Shown here: in pieces, positions 31,940-42,526 of the stretch
Layout of the letters: each line of letters starts with the position of its first letter
Position numbering within the stretch: position 1 is the stretch's first letter
Source of the DNA: Chloroflexota bacterium
GTDB taxonomy: Bacteria > Chloroflexota > Dehalococcoidia > UBA2979
Assembly (NCBI GenBank): GCA_002716405.1
Contig: PBBA01000002.1
Coordinates: forward strand, 21,028-85,027
DNA: 64,000 nucleotides
Direction: 5' to 3'
The notes under the pieces: model-generated
Database searches by the model: none
Told to the model about the DNA's origin: nothing
What the model saw: only the letters and a program-made list of their open reading frames with translations
Made by a program: the position numbers and the translations under genes

Positions 31940-33055
31940 ATGGCAGATAAAATCAATGTAGCGATAATTGGGCTAGGAAATTGTGCATCCTCATTAGTGC
32001 AAGGAATCGAATTTTATAAAGAAGCAGGAGCAGAGGATAAAATCCCAGGACTGATGCATCCTGTACTAGGTGATTATCACATTAGTGATATTAATATTTC
32101 AGCTGCTTTTGATATTGATAGTGACAAAGTTGGTAAAGATATTTCTGAAGCCATTTTTGCTGGTCAAAATAATACTTACAAATTTACTGATGTCCCTCAA
32201 CAGTCAGTAAAGGTGAGTAGAGGGATGACGCATGATGGACTAGGGAAATATTTATCTGATGTTATAACGCCCGCTGAAGGAACCACTGACGACATAGTGG
32301 GAATTTTAAAAGATACGAACACACATGTAGTAATCAATTATCTACCCGTAGGATCTGAAACAGCTACAAAATGGTATGTTGAACAAGTTTTGCAAGCTGG
32401 TTGTGCCTTCATCAACTGCATCCCTGTTTTTATAGCCAGAGAAGAATATTGGGGAAATCGTTTTAAGCAAGCAAATTTACCCATTATAGGAGACGATATA
32501 AAATCGCAAGTAGGAGCGACTATTTTACATCGTTTGCTTGTTCGCTTGTTCCAAGATCGTGGAGTACAAATTGATCGTACTTATCAATTAAATTTTGGTG
32601 GCAATACAGATTTTTTAAATATGCTTGAAAGAGAACGTTTAGAATCTAAGAAAATATCAAAAACAAACGCTGTTACATCACAAATAGAATATGATGTACC
32701 AGATGCTGATGTTCATGTCGGCCCTTCAGATCATGTACCATGGTTACTAGATCGGAAATGGTGTCACATAAGAGTAGAAGGAACTACTTTCGGAAACGTA
32801 CCCTTGAACTTAGAAACAAAGTTAGAAGTTTGGGACAGTCCTAATTCAGCTGGTGTCGTTATTGACGCTATAAGACTAGCTAAAATAGGCCTGGATCGTG
32901 GTTTATCAGGTCCACTGTTAGAACCTTCCGCATATTTTATGAAATCACCACCAGTACAAATTCGTGATGAAGAAGCTAGACTAGGAGTAGAGGCCTTTAT
33001 TTCAGGGGAAACTTTAGATTCACCAATTGTTAATGTCGCAAAAAACAACAGTTAA
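31940..33055 (+). CDS. ino1: myo-inositol-1-phosphate (inositol-3-phosphate) synthase
   Basis: [60 protein letters not shown]. Confidence 0.96.
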   Translation: MADKINVAIIGLGNCASSLVQGIEFYKEAGAEDKIPGLMHPVLGDYHISDINISAAFDIDSDKVGKDISEAIFAGQNNTYKFTDVPQQSVKVSRGMTHDGLGKYLSDVITPAEGTTDDIVGILKDTNTHVVINYLPVGSETATKWYVEQVLQAGCAFINCIPVFIAREEYWGNRFKQANLPIIGDDIKSQVGATILHRLLVRLFQDRGVQIDRTYQLNFGGNTDFLNMLERERLESKKISKTNAVTSQIEYDVPDADVHVGPSDHVPWLLDRKWCHIRVEGTTFGNVPLNLETKLEVWDSPNSAGVVIDAIRLAKIGLDRGLSGPLLEPSAYFMKSPPVQIRDEEARLGVEAFISGETLDSPIVNVAKNNS

Positions 33056-33128
33056 TAATTAATATTTTATTACTTTAAATGATTCTTAGGCATTTCAACT
33101 ACTACTATATCTAGCTATAGTAGCAATC

Positions 33129-33719
33129 ATGCAATTACTTCCAAAACGACCGCCAAAAAAATTAATGGATCCTGTGGTTGATTTTTTAATTTCACTTGGA
33201 ATAACACCCAATATGCTTACAGTTTGTGGCTTTTTCGGAAGTGTATTTGCTGCTTTCATAATTGCTACAGGAAATTTTTTTATTGGAGGTATTTTTGTCT
33301 TGCTTTTTAGTGCAATCGATATGTTCGATGGAGCAGTAGCAAGAAAATCAGAAAAAAATAGTAATTATGGTGCAGTTTTAGATTCAACATTAGATCGATT
33401 CTCAGAAATAGCAATACTAGGTGGAGTATTCATGCATTCCATTAATGAAAATAATGAACCATTAGCAATTTTATGTTTTTTTGCATTAAGTGGATCATTA
33501 ATGGTGTCATATATACGAGCACGAGGGGAAGGTCTAGGTATATCTTTAAATAATGGATTTGCCCCACGCCCAGAAAGAATAATAATTATATCAGTAGCAT
33601 TAATCTTTAATTGGGTACTGTACGCAATCATAATATTACTTGCAATTACTTGGATCACAAGTATGCAAAGGTTGTTTAAAGCAAGAGTACTCCTAAGTAG
33701 CAAAAAAGGTAATGATTGA
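33129..33719 (+). CDS. CDP-alcohol phosphatidyltransferase (likely phosphatidylinositol-phosphate synthase)
   Basis: TPNMLT, DMFDGAVAR...GAVLDSTLDR signature, VSYIRARGE, RPER; next to ino1. Confidence 0.88.
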   Translation: MQLLPKRPPKKLMDPVVDFLISLGITPNMLTVCGFFGSVFAAFIIATGNFFIGGIFVLLFSAIDMFDGAVARKSEKNSNYGAVLDSTLDRFSEIAILGGVFMHSINENNEPLAILCFFALSGSLMVSYIRARGEGLGISLNNGFAPRPERIIIISVALIFNWVLYAIIILLAITWITSMQRLFKARVLLSSKKGND

Positions 33720-34551
33720 AATGATACCAGGACCATTAGATAATTCAGACTCTCTTCAAATAAGTCGCTACCTTCAGGAAAGAATGATCAATCGTGTCGG
33801 AATAGATATCTGGTCGCGGAATGATTCAGGACTGGTAAGAACCGATCGGGACACTTGTACTCACTGTGAAGATAGTATTGCACTAAGTAGACAGCTAGTC
33901 AGCCTCCATCCAGGTTTATCCTTAACTAAATACGATCTTGATGAACATTCAGATAGAGCAAATTCTGCAAACATAAATCTCGCACCTTCTGTGGTATTGC
34001 GTGGATCTGGAAAATCTATAAAGCTAAGCGGCATGTTTTCTGGTGCTATATTTCCAGCATTACTGGACTTAATTGGTTTTCTATCACAAGGAACTTCACC
34101 TTTAGCTGATGAAGATCTTACTGCTATACAATCAGTTTCAGAACCAATGCACATTGAAGTTATGGTGACACCATTTGATCCCTTCTCTCCACATATGATT
34201 CGTCTACTAGGTGCTCTGGCGACAGAGATTGAATTGATTGATCTAGAAATCGTCGAATTGGCACAATACCCTGTCCTAGCAAAACAGCGTAACATCAGTG
34301 AAATTCCAACCATCATAATTAATGACAAAAGATTCACAGGTGTTTGGGATTTAGCACCAATGGTTAATCAGATTTACAAAGTAGTCAATGGAGATTCTGA
34401 ACCAGTTATAAGAGAAAAAATAATGAGTGTCCCTTATATTTCTGAAGAAGAAGCAATTGAAAGAGCACGCGAAGAATTAGCACGACAACAAGGGCAAATA
34501 GGATCAAATACTGGGGAAAATACAAGTCCAGGAGGTTTAATTATCCCCTAA
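33712..34551 (+). CDS. Two-domain thioredoxin-fold protein (PDO/AhpF-NTD-like) with only one CxxC
   Basis: CTHC in the first unit, TPFDPFSP at the second site, YPVLA...IPTIIIN; overlaps the upstream gene by 8 bp. Confidence 0.75.
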   Translation: MIEMIPGPLDNSDSLQISRYLQERMINRVGIDIWSRNDSGLVRTDRDTCTHCEDSIALSRQLVSLHPGLSLTKYDLDEHSDRANSANINLAPSVVLRGSGKSIKLSGMFSGAIFPALLDLIGFLSQGTSPLADEDLTAIQSVSEPMHIEVMVTPFDPFSPHMIRLLGALATEIELIDLEIVELAQYPVLAKQRNISEIPTIIINDKRFTGVWDLAPMVNQIYKVVNGDSEPVIREKIMSVPYISEEEAIERAREELARQQGQIGSNTGENTSPGGLIIP

Positions 34552-34567
34552 CTAACAACAATTTTTT

Positions 34568-35974
34568 TTATTTCTTTTTGCTTGGCCATTTCCAGATAAG
34601 TATTCCTAAAACAATCAATACCAGAGACAAAAATACAGTTGCAATAACAATAATTAATCCAATTGATTGGATCGAGCTGTTACTCGAACTATTAGTTTTT
34701 TCTACGGAATCTCTACTTGAAGATAATTCAACTTGTGAAGACTCAATAGACCCCGAACTAGGAGCAATATTGACTTGCGTAGGAATACTTAAAGGAACCC
34801 GAGTAGCTACAGGTGTGACTATTATATTTTTGGAAGGCGAATTAAAATTCAGAGATTCGAGTCCATTAGCATTTCGCCATTGATTATAAAGTTGGTTTGT
34901 ATCAAAGTCATAAATTTTATTCAATGCATCATCAATAGGATCGCCAGCTTTAATTGATGCAAAAAGTCTAGCAAAAAGTTCTTGTCCATACTGATCAATT
35001 AAATAGTCAACAGTTGACCAAGACTGTCCATAAAAGAGATTAACTAAATTAGGATCATTCGATGGAGCAGTAAGTGAGCGAAGATTCAATGTCTTATCAG
35101 AGCTTATAGCACGTTGTACTGCAGCCTTATACGGACCAAGACTTCCTTGCATGTACACTGCAGTGCCCTCATCTAACCAAGCGGGAACACGTGTGAACGG
35201 TCCATCACCTGCTACTTTTGTTACAAGGTGAGCAGCTTCGTGACGTACAACCGCTATAGCAGGCTGAAATGCAAAAATTAAATCAGGAGCCACCCTTTGT
35301 CCTGCAGTAGTAACACTTGAATCATAAACTGCAGAACGAGGACGCTGAGCCAATTCACCTTCTCGAGGCGTTCGCCACATTATCAATTTAACGGGATAGT
35401 CAATACGAGTTTTTAAAAGTAGTTCTGTTTCTAAAATAGCATTTTTCATGGCGAGAAAATTTCTCATAGCATTGTCTTCTTGTGAACCATACCAATAGAC
35501 ACTAAATCTATCCTCAGAGAATGACTGCCATTCATAACGTCCATCAAGGAAAATTAATTTTTCCTCTTCAGTTACAAAACTTCCTTCATTTTCTTTAAAA
35601 ATTTCCCAATGTACTAACAAGTGGGATCCTACAGGAATATAACGATCAGCACTGATCATTTCCATTTCAAAAACAGCTTGGTAAGTGAAATTAGAGGATT
35701 CATTTAACTTCGCGATTCCATCACCACTTATATCACCATAAGGATTAAGTATTTTATAAAAAAACCTGACTTCTTTAAGGTTCAAATCATTCTCAATATC
35801 TATAGTAAATGAAGCACTTAAAGGATCTCTTGTCACAATGTTAGTGGATGAAATATCCAAAGTTTGAGCAGATAACATTTGGTAACACCACAAATAAGAA
35901 AATAAACCAATAAGAAAGAAAATGGTAATTCTTACAAAATTTCTAAAACTAATTTGAAACATTAAGTTATACAC
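34568..35974 (-). CDS. Membrane-anchored peptidase MA-family metallohydrolase
   Basis: N-terminal signal/TM, HEAAH, PAWLDEGTA, YGQSWS, Ser/Thr linker, C-terminal TM followed by KKK. Confidence 0.8.
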   Translation of the reverse strand: MYNLMFQISFRNFVRITIFFLIGLFSYLWCYQMLSAQTLDISSTNIVTRDPLSASFTIDIENDLNLKEVRFFYKILNPYGDISGDGIAKLNESSNFTYQAVFEMEMISADRYIPVGSHLLVHWEIFKENEGSFVTEEEKLIFLDGRYEWQSFSEDRFSVYWYGSQEDNAMRNFLAMKNAILETELLLKTRIDYPVKLIMWRTPREGELAQRPRSAVYDSSVTTAGQRVAPDLIFAFQPAIAVVRHEAAHLVTKVAGDGPFTRVPAWLDEGTAVYMQGSLGPYKAAVQRAISSDKTLNLRSLTAPSNDPNLVNLFYGQSWSTVDYLIDQYGQELFARLFASIKAGDPIDDALNKIYDFDTNQLYNQWRNANGLESLNFNSPSKNIIVTPVATRVPLSIPTQVNIAPSSGSIESSQVELSSSRDSVEKTNSSSNSSIQSIGLIIVIATVFLSLVLIVLGILIWKWPSKKK

Positions 35975-37077
35975 TCACAGTATTTCGCAAAAAAGCGACA
36001 ATAAAGTCATCAATATCACCATCCAAAACTTTATCTGTATCATTAATTTCAACTTGAGTTCTGAGGTCTTTTACCATCCGGTATGGTTGCAATACATACG
36101 AACGAATTTGATTCCCCCATCCCGCTTGAACATGCTCTCCTTTTAACTTTGCCTGCTCTTCTTCAATTTTTTGAATTTCTAAATCAAGCAACTTAGATTC
36201 AAGTACTCTCAATGCACTCTCACGATTTCTCGATTGTGAACGCTCATTTTGACAAGTTACAACTATTCCTGTTGGAAGGTGAGTAATACGAACTGCAGTA
36301 TCATTTTTCTGCACATTTTGACCACCATTTCCACTTGCTCTATAAGTATCTATACGTAATTCATCCCCATTAATATCTACATTGATATCTCCGTCAGTTG
36401 CTTCTGGAACTGTCTCAACTAGAGCAAAACTAGTATGTCGTGCATGTGATGAATCAAAAGGAGAAATCCTAACTAATCTATGCACCCCTTTTTCTGATTT
36501 CAGAAGGCCATACGCATTTTCACCAGTAATTTTTACTTCGACAGACTTAATGCCTGCCTCATCTCCACTATTTATTGCAAGGATTTGTGAACGAAAACCG
36601 CGATTATCTGACCAGCGTAAATACATTCGTAATAACATTTCTGCCCAATCTTGAGCCTCCGTACCACCTGCTCCAGCATGGATAGAAAAAACCACATTCC
36701 GATGGTCATACTCATCACCTAGAATAAGACCCAATTCTAATGATTCAAATTCCTTGTTTATGATACCTAGTTCATTATTTAAATCATCTTGCAATAAATC
36801 ACGTTCATCTGGAGAGGCCTCACCAACTAGAGAAAGCAAATCTTGAATTTCAGATAACTTAAATTCAAGTGATTGCCAAGTATTAATTATACCTTCAAGT
36901 TTTGATATTTCTTTCATTACACCTTGAGCATAATTACGATCGCTCCACAGATCGGGAGCTTCAGCAGTTTTTTTTAGCTCGTCTAAACGATTCTGGTGTT
37001 GTGACAAGTCAAAGCCGCACCTGTATGTCACGGACTTTTTGTAAAAGTTCAGCTACTTTTTGTTCGATTTCTTGCAT
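35967..37077 (-). CDS. prfB: Peptide chain release factor 2 (programmed +1 frameshift at 37008-37014)
   Basis: 22-codon first ORF from ATG 37077 ends AGGTGCGG-CTT-TGA-C; the +1 frame carries GAGGTEAQDW, SPF, GGQ, WGNQIRSY. Confidence 0.96.
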
Positions 37078-37109
37078 AACACAATTTTCCTATGGAAAAA
37101 CACTATTGA

Positions 37110-37991
37110 CTAGTATTTAAGTTCTCTTGCATTCAACGTGTTCTTTAATAGCATTGCTCGGGTAATCGGACCCACACCTCCAGGGACAGGGGTGATGGCA
37201 CTAGTCACCATCTTGACATTTTCAAAATCAACATCACCTACTAATCTATACCCTTGCTTTCTAGAAAGATCATCAACACGATTAACACCTACATCTATCA
37301 CGACTGCACCTGGACGAACCATATCTGCTGTGACAGTATTAGGATGCCCTGTAGCAGCGACTATAATATCAGCGTTTGAAGTCACCTCTTTTAGATTCTT
37401 TGTGCCTGTATGTGCAATTGTGACTGTTGCATTACCACGTGTATTTTTTTGTGCAAGGAGTAATGCTAATGGTTTACCCACCAAATTCGAACGACCAATA
37501 ATTACAATATTTTCCCCATCAATATTAATGTTACTCCGAACTATCAATTCTCTTACTGCTGCAGGAGTTGCAGGAATGAACCGAGGGACCCCTTGAAGTA
37601 AAAGTCCTAAATTGACAGGATGTAAACCGTCAACATCTTTATCTGGAGACAAGTGAAAATCGATTGCATCTGAATCTAAATGCGAAGGCAAAGGTTTTTG
37701 AAGAATAGCAGCATCAGTTTGATCATCAGCATTTACCTTATCAATTAGATCGATGACTTCGCTCATTGTTACTGAGTCATTAAGTTGAGAAAGAGAACCA
37801 GTTATCCCTACTTCCGAGCAATCTTTTAATTTCAATCGGACATATGTCTCTGAAGCAGTATTACTCCCGATCATTATCACGTGTAGATGTGGAGCTCTTA
37901 AACCATCACGAACCATTAGTTCCACATCCCGTTTAATCTCGGAACGTATCTTTGTAGCTATAGCATTTCCATCAAGAATATGTGATTTCAT
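37110..37991 (-). CDS. folD: Methylene-THF dehydrogenase/cyclohydrolase
   Basis: YVRLK, KDVDGLHP, GRSNLVGKP, IDVGVNR, TPVPGGVGP; start moved to MKSHILDG. Confidence 0.96.
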   Translation of the reverse strand: MKSHILDGNAIATKIRSEIKRDVELMVRDGLRAPHLHVIMIGSNTASETYVRLKLKDCSEVGITGSLSQLNDSVTMSEVIDLIDKVNADDQTDAAILQKPLPSHLDSDAIDFHLSPDKDVDGLHPVNLGLLLQGVPRFIPATPAAVRELIVRSNINIDGENIVIIGRSNLVGKPLALLLAQKNTRGNATVTIAHTGTKNLKEVTSNADIIVAATGHPNTVTADMVRPGAVVIDVGVNRVDDLSRKQGYRLVGDVDFENVKMVTSAITPVPGGVGPITRAMLLKNTLNARELKY

Positions 37992-38056
37992 ACAATATCT
38001 ATTGTAGCCTATATAAACCATGAAACATCAATTTTAGTGATACATTAGGTTTCTAC

Positions 38057-38536
38057 ATGAGTACGCATGCTATTGGAATAGACTTAATCGAAATCGATCG
38101 CGTTCGCCGTGTTTTTCAAAAACATCCCATACGTTTCATAAATCGAGTTTATACACCAGCAGAGGCGGCTTTTTGCAGAGGTAGAGTTCCCGAGTTAGCT
38201 GCAAGATTTTCCGGTAAAGAAGCTGTGATGAAGGCTTTAGGAACAGGTGCAAGATCTGTTGCATGGCGAGATATAGAAATTTTACCTGACAAACGTGGTA
38301 AACCACTAGTCTACCTCTATGGGGGTGCCAAGCAAAGATCCGACATCATTGGCCTTGAAGCAATAGATATTACACTGACCCATTTAGATTCTTTTGCAAT
38401 GGCAGCTGTTGTATGCACGCAGAAACAACGTGAAGAACCACCGGAAATATCACGCAAAAATTTAATCGAACGGTTAAAATCACGTGGATTACTTGCCAAT
38501 ATACCTGACATCGAACAATTGCCAGAAGAAATATAA
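38057..38536 (+). CDS. acpS: Holo-ACP synthase
   Basis: GIDLIEIDR, AARFSGKEAVMKALGTG, GKP, ITLTH; about 35-aa C-terminal extension. Confidence 0.94.
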   Translation: MSTHAIGIDLIEIDRVRRVFQKHPIRFINRVYTPAEAAFCRGRVPELAARFSGKEAVMKALGTGARSVAWRDIEILPDKRGKPLVYLYGGAKQRSDIIGLEAIDITLTHLDSFAMAAVVCTQKQREEPPEISRKNLIERLKSRGLLANIPDIEQLPEEI

Positions 38537-38551
38537 GGAAAGAACGTTGTC

Positions 38552-40237
38552 ATGAAAAAGATCGTTACAACAAAACAGATGCAATCATTAGAAAGCGATG
38601 CCATCACGAGCGGGAAAAGTGAAAGAGAGCTTCAATTAGAAGCCGGGTTAGCAGCAGCACAAGAAGCATGGATGAGTGTCGGTGCTATGCCTGAAAGAGG
38701 AATTTTATTACTGATAGGTCCTGGAAAAAATGGTAAAGATGGGCTCATAGCCGCTAACCAACTAACAAAATGGGGTGCAACACCTTTTGTGTACCTCTTA
38801 AGAGAACTAAATATTGATGATGATGATTGGAAAGAATACCAAGAAAGTGAAATGCCCTATGCAATTGCAACAGAAGATACTGAACTACAACGTTTAGAGT
38901 TTGTACTTAATGAAGCAGCACTTATTGTAGATGCACTACTTGGAATCGGAATGGATCCAGAAATTAGACCTTTAGATGAAAATTTATCTGAAATCACAAA
39001 GCGAGTAAACCAAACAAAAGAAAATATCGTAAAGCCGCATATACTTTCTCTCGATATACCTACAGGTATAAATGCAGATAATGGCTATACAGATCCTAAT
39101 GCCGTCAAAGCTGATTCCACTATTACATTTGGATATGCAAAAATGGGATTATATTGTTTCCCCGGACGTGAAAATGTAGGAAGAATAATCCCTGTCGATA
39201 TAGGGCTACCAAGCAATACAAGACACATACTACCGTACGAAACATTAGAGCTCAGTGAGTTAAAAGCATTTATGCCTGAACGCCCTATAACTGCACACAA
39301 AGGGACTTTTGGAGTTGTAACAATTGTAGGAGGCTCTTTACAATATCCTGGAGCTATTCGATTAGCTGGAGAAGCTGCAGCAAGATCGGGGGCAGGCTTA
39401 GTACAAATTGCCGCACCAGATCATATTCAGGCACTGATAACAAACGGACTACCTGACGTAATCCATGAACCTTTACCAACTACAGGAAATTCATTAGATA
39501 CTTCTGCTGCAATTACAGTTTTACGAGCTCTTGATAAGAAAAAAACTCGCGCCCTTCTCATTGGACCTGGCTTAGGGCATACTGCCGTCACAACTAAATT
39601 TGTTCATTCTATTATCACTAGTTTAAGTGAGAGAAATTTTCTAAATGGCGTAATACTCGATGCCGACGCATTAAATATTCTTCCAGAAATACAAAATTGG
39701 TCTACGAATCTACAAACACCTCTAATAATTACCCCTCATCCAGGAGAAATGTCTCGCTTACTGGGAATAGACATTGATTCCATTCAAAAAAATCGTCTAG
39801 AAACAGCACTCTCTTATGCAACACACATCAATGGAGTAGTAGTACTCAAAGGAGCAGGTACTATCATTGCCTCTCCAGATGGTCGAGCAAGAATATCAGA
39901 ATTTGCTTCACCGGTATTAGCAAAAGGAGGTACTGGGGATATACTCGCAGGCATTATATCGGGGTTAGTTGCACAAAATGTCGAACCTTTTGAAGCAGCA
40001 TCACTTGGTGTTTACTTACATGCCGATATGGGAAGAAGAGTTGCAGAAAATTATGGTACAGCCTCTGGAATTGCACAAGATTTACTGAAAGTAATGCCTA
40101 CATCAAGAAAAATGCTTGATGGTATAGAAACATCAATAATAGACACTTTTGGACGTAATTCTTTATTCCCCGATACAATAAAACAAGATCAATCCGAAGA
40201 ACAATTCATGACAGATTTGACTCATAATTTGGATTAA
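38552..40237 (+). CDS. nnr: Bifunctional NAD(P)HX epimerase/dehydratase
   Basis: VDALLGIG, DIPTG, HKGTFG, GPGLG, DADAL, TPHPGE, GGTGD. Confidence 0.92.
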   Translation: MKKIVTTKQMQSLESDAITSGKSERELQLEAGLAAAQEAWMSVGAMPERGILLLIGPGKNGKDGLIAANQLTKWGATPFVYLLRELNIDDDDWKEYQESEMPYAIATEDTELQRLEFVLNEAALIVDALLGIGMDPEIRPLDENLSEITKRVNQTKENIVKPHILSLDIPTGINADNGYTDPNAVKADSTITFGYAKMGLYCFPGRENVGRIIPVDIGLPSNTRHILPYETLELSELKAFMPERPITAHKGTFGVVTIVGGSLQYPGAIRLAGEAAARSGAGLVQIAAPDHIQALITNGLPDVIHEPLPTTGNSLDTSAAITVLRALDKKKTRALLIGPGLGHTAVTTKFVHSIITSLSERNFLNGVILDADALNILPEIQNWSTNLQTPLIITPHPGEMSRLLGIDIDSIQKNRLETALSYATHINGVVVLKGAGTIIASPDGRARISEFASPVLAKGGTGDILAGIISGLVAQNVEPFEAASLGVYLHADMGRRVAENYGTASGIAQDLLKVMPTSRKMLDGIETSIIDTFGRNSLFPDTIKQDQSEEQFMTDLTHNLD

Positions 40238-40283
40238 ATTGCTACACTTCACAAAACGCTAAAAGGATGAAAGAGGGCATTTT

Positions 40284-41282
40284 TTGAATAATTGCCTTGA
40301 TGAAAATTCAAAAGCCAAACCAATTGCACTAGTCTTTCCGGGGCAAGGATCACAGTCACCTGGTATGGGTGCTTTAATTTATAAAAATTCAAAAAATGCC
40401 CGCCTCACATTTGAAGAAGCCAGCGATATAACAAATATTGATATGGCAAAAATATGCTTTAAAGGTACAGCCGATGATTTAGCAGAAACACGACTAACAC
40501 AGCCGGCTGTATTAACTACTTCTATTGCTTTCCTACGAGCGATGAATGAAAAATTAGAAGAAAAAAATATCGTAATTAAGCCAAAATTATTAGGAGGCCA
40601 TTCATTGGGGATGTTTAGCGCTACCGTTGCGGCACAAACATTTTCATTTCAAGATGCATTAGGAATGATTATTGATAGAGCTCAGCTGATGAGTGACTTC
40701 AACAAGGAACGGCCAGTAGGTATGGCATCAATTATTGGTTTAGATTTTGAAAAAGTAAGTAAAATTTGTAGTCAAGCTACTTACTCAGAACAAAATAGAG
40801 TTGATATTGCCAACTTAAACCTTAATTCACAAATCGTAATTAGTGGTGATTTAAATGCACTCACTAAAGCAATGCAACTAGCACGAGAACTCCAAGCACG
40901 TGCTATACAATTAAAAGTTAAAGTTTCTAGTCACACACCATTACATTCTGAGCAATCGAAAGAATTTAAAAAACTTATTAAAGATGTGAATTTTGATGAT
41001 CCACAAATCCCAATTATTTCGAATAACACTTCAAAGTTACTGACCACAGCTCAAGCGATCAGGCATGAATTTGAAAATCAACTTCATTCACCTGTGTATT
41101 GGACAGAAAATGTACAACAAATGATTCTAGAAGAAGTACAAACAATCATAGAAGTAGGCCCTGGGCACGTGTTATCAAGAATGGTAAAAAAAATATCAGA
41201 CAAACTAATTGCAGTATCTCTAGATGATGCGCATGATGAACCTATACCAATATCTGTACTCCCTGAAGTTATAATGAGCTAA
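40284..41282 (+). CDS. fabD: ACP S-acyltransferase (FabD-like)
   Basis: VFPGQGSQ, TQPAV, GHSLG, conserved Arg (DRAQLM), VISG, SPVYW, EVGPG. Confidence 0.9.
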   Translation: MNNCLDENSKAKPIALVFPGQGSQSPGMGALIYKNSKNARLTFEEASDITNIDMAKICFKGTADDLAETRLTQPAVLTTSIAFLRAMNEKLEEKNIVIKPKLLGGHSLGMFSATVAAQTFSFQDALGMIIDRAQLMSDFNKERPVGMASIIGLDFEKVSKICSQATYSEQNRVDIANLNLNSQIVISGDLNALTKAMQLARELQARAIQLKVKVSSHTPLHSEQSKEFKKLIKDVNFDDPQIPIISNNTSKLLTTAQAIRHEFENQLHSPVYWTENVQQMILEEVQTIIEVGPGHVLSRMVKKISDKLIAVSLDDAHDEPIPISVLPEVIMS

Positions 41283-42526
41283 TGTCTGAAAGCGTTGTAG
41301 TCACTGGCATAGGTATGATCACTCCAGTTGGAGGAGATACTAGTGTTACATGGGAAAATTTAAAATCAGGACAATCTGGGATATCTCAAATTACCCGCTT
41401 CGATGCGTCTGACTATGAATTTCCGATAGCAGGCGAAGTGAAGAATTTTGACCCGAAAGAATATTTAGACTCCAAAACTCTTAGGAGAGTAGATCTCTCA
41501 ACTGCATTCGCTGTAGCAGCATGCAAAGAAGCACTACTTGATGCATCCATTGATATTAACTCTGAAAATCCTAAATCTATTGGAATTATATTAGGCACCG
41601 GAATGGGTGGAGCACACTTAATGATAGATCAGCAACGCATCCTTGAAGAAAAAGGGCCACGTAGAATATCACCATTCCTTATCTCACATTTTTTACCGGA
41701 TAGCGCGACTGGGATAATAGCAATGGAGCTAGGCGCGAGAGGTCCTAATTTCGCTATAACTGCTGCATGTGCCACTGGCGGCACAGCAATTGGTGAAGCG
41801 GCAGAAATAATAGCAAGAGGTGAAGCTGAAATTATAATCAGTGGAGGATATGAGGCACCCCTACAACCCATCTATTATGCAGGGTTTTCTGCAATGAAAG
41901 CCTTAGCATCGCACAAAGATCCTACCAAAGCTCTACGACCTTTTGATGCAAATAGAAATGGATTTATATTAGGCGAGGGTGCTGGAATTCTGGTACTAGA
42001 ATCACTGACTCATGCACAAAAAAGAAATGCCCAAATATATGCACATTGGTTAGGTGGTGGAACCGCTAATGACGCATACGATATGGTTGCTGCTGATGAT
42101 AATGGCCGAGGAATTGGAGATGCTATGGAAAATGCACTCAACCGAGCACGTCTTAATATTGACCAAATCGACTATATCAATGCACATGGAACCAGTACGC
42201 CATTAAATGATCGTGTTGAAACTTCTGCAATTAATAGAATATTTAAATCTGAGGCAAAAAAACTTATGGTTTCAAGTACAAAATCTATGCATGGACATAT
42301 GATGGGTGCTGCGGGTGCTGTCGAAGCTGCAATTTGTGCACTAGTTTGCCGAGATGGAATTGTACCACCCACTATTAATTACGAAACCCCTGATCCTGAT
42401 TGCGATCTAGACTATGTCCCAAATGAGTCACGAAATGTGAAAATTAATAATGTCATGAGTACATCAGTAGGGTTAGGTGGCCACAATTCTGCTTTGATAT
42501 TCGGAACTGCCGAAAGGAAACAATGA
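41282..42526 (+). CDS. fabF: Beta-ketoacyl-ACP synthase II, copy 1
   Basis: VVVTGIG, TAACATG, RPFD..RNGF..GEG, NAHGTST, KSMHGHMMGA. Confidence 0.9.
   Translation: MSESVVVTGIGMITPVGGDTSVTWENLKSGQSGISQITRFDASDYEFPIAGEVKNFDPKEYLDSKTLRRVDLSTAFAVAACKEALLDASIDINSENPKSIGIILGTGMGGAHLMIDQQRILEEKGPRRISPFLISHFLPDSATGIIAMELGARGPNFAITAACATGGTAIGEAAEIIARGEAEIIISGGYEAPLQPIYYAGFSAMKALASHKDPTKALRPFDANRNGFILGEGAGILVLESLTHAQKRNAQIYAHWLGGGTANDAYDMVAADDNGRGIGDAMENALNRARLNIDQIDYINAHGTSTPLNDRVETSAINRIFKSEAKKLMVSSTKSMHGHMMGAAGAVEAAICALVCRDGIVPPTINYETPDPDCDLDYVPNESRNVKINNVMSTSVGLGGHNSALIFGTAERKQ

Noticed and set aside
34160-34195. Possible selenocysteine at the second redox site of the PDO-like protein
   Set aside because: The codons are GAT and TCT, not TGA
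37011-37031. ORF-track N-terminus MTYRCGF for RF2, or a prfB pseudogene
   Set aside because: Explained by the canonical programmed frameshift
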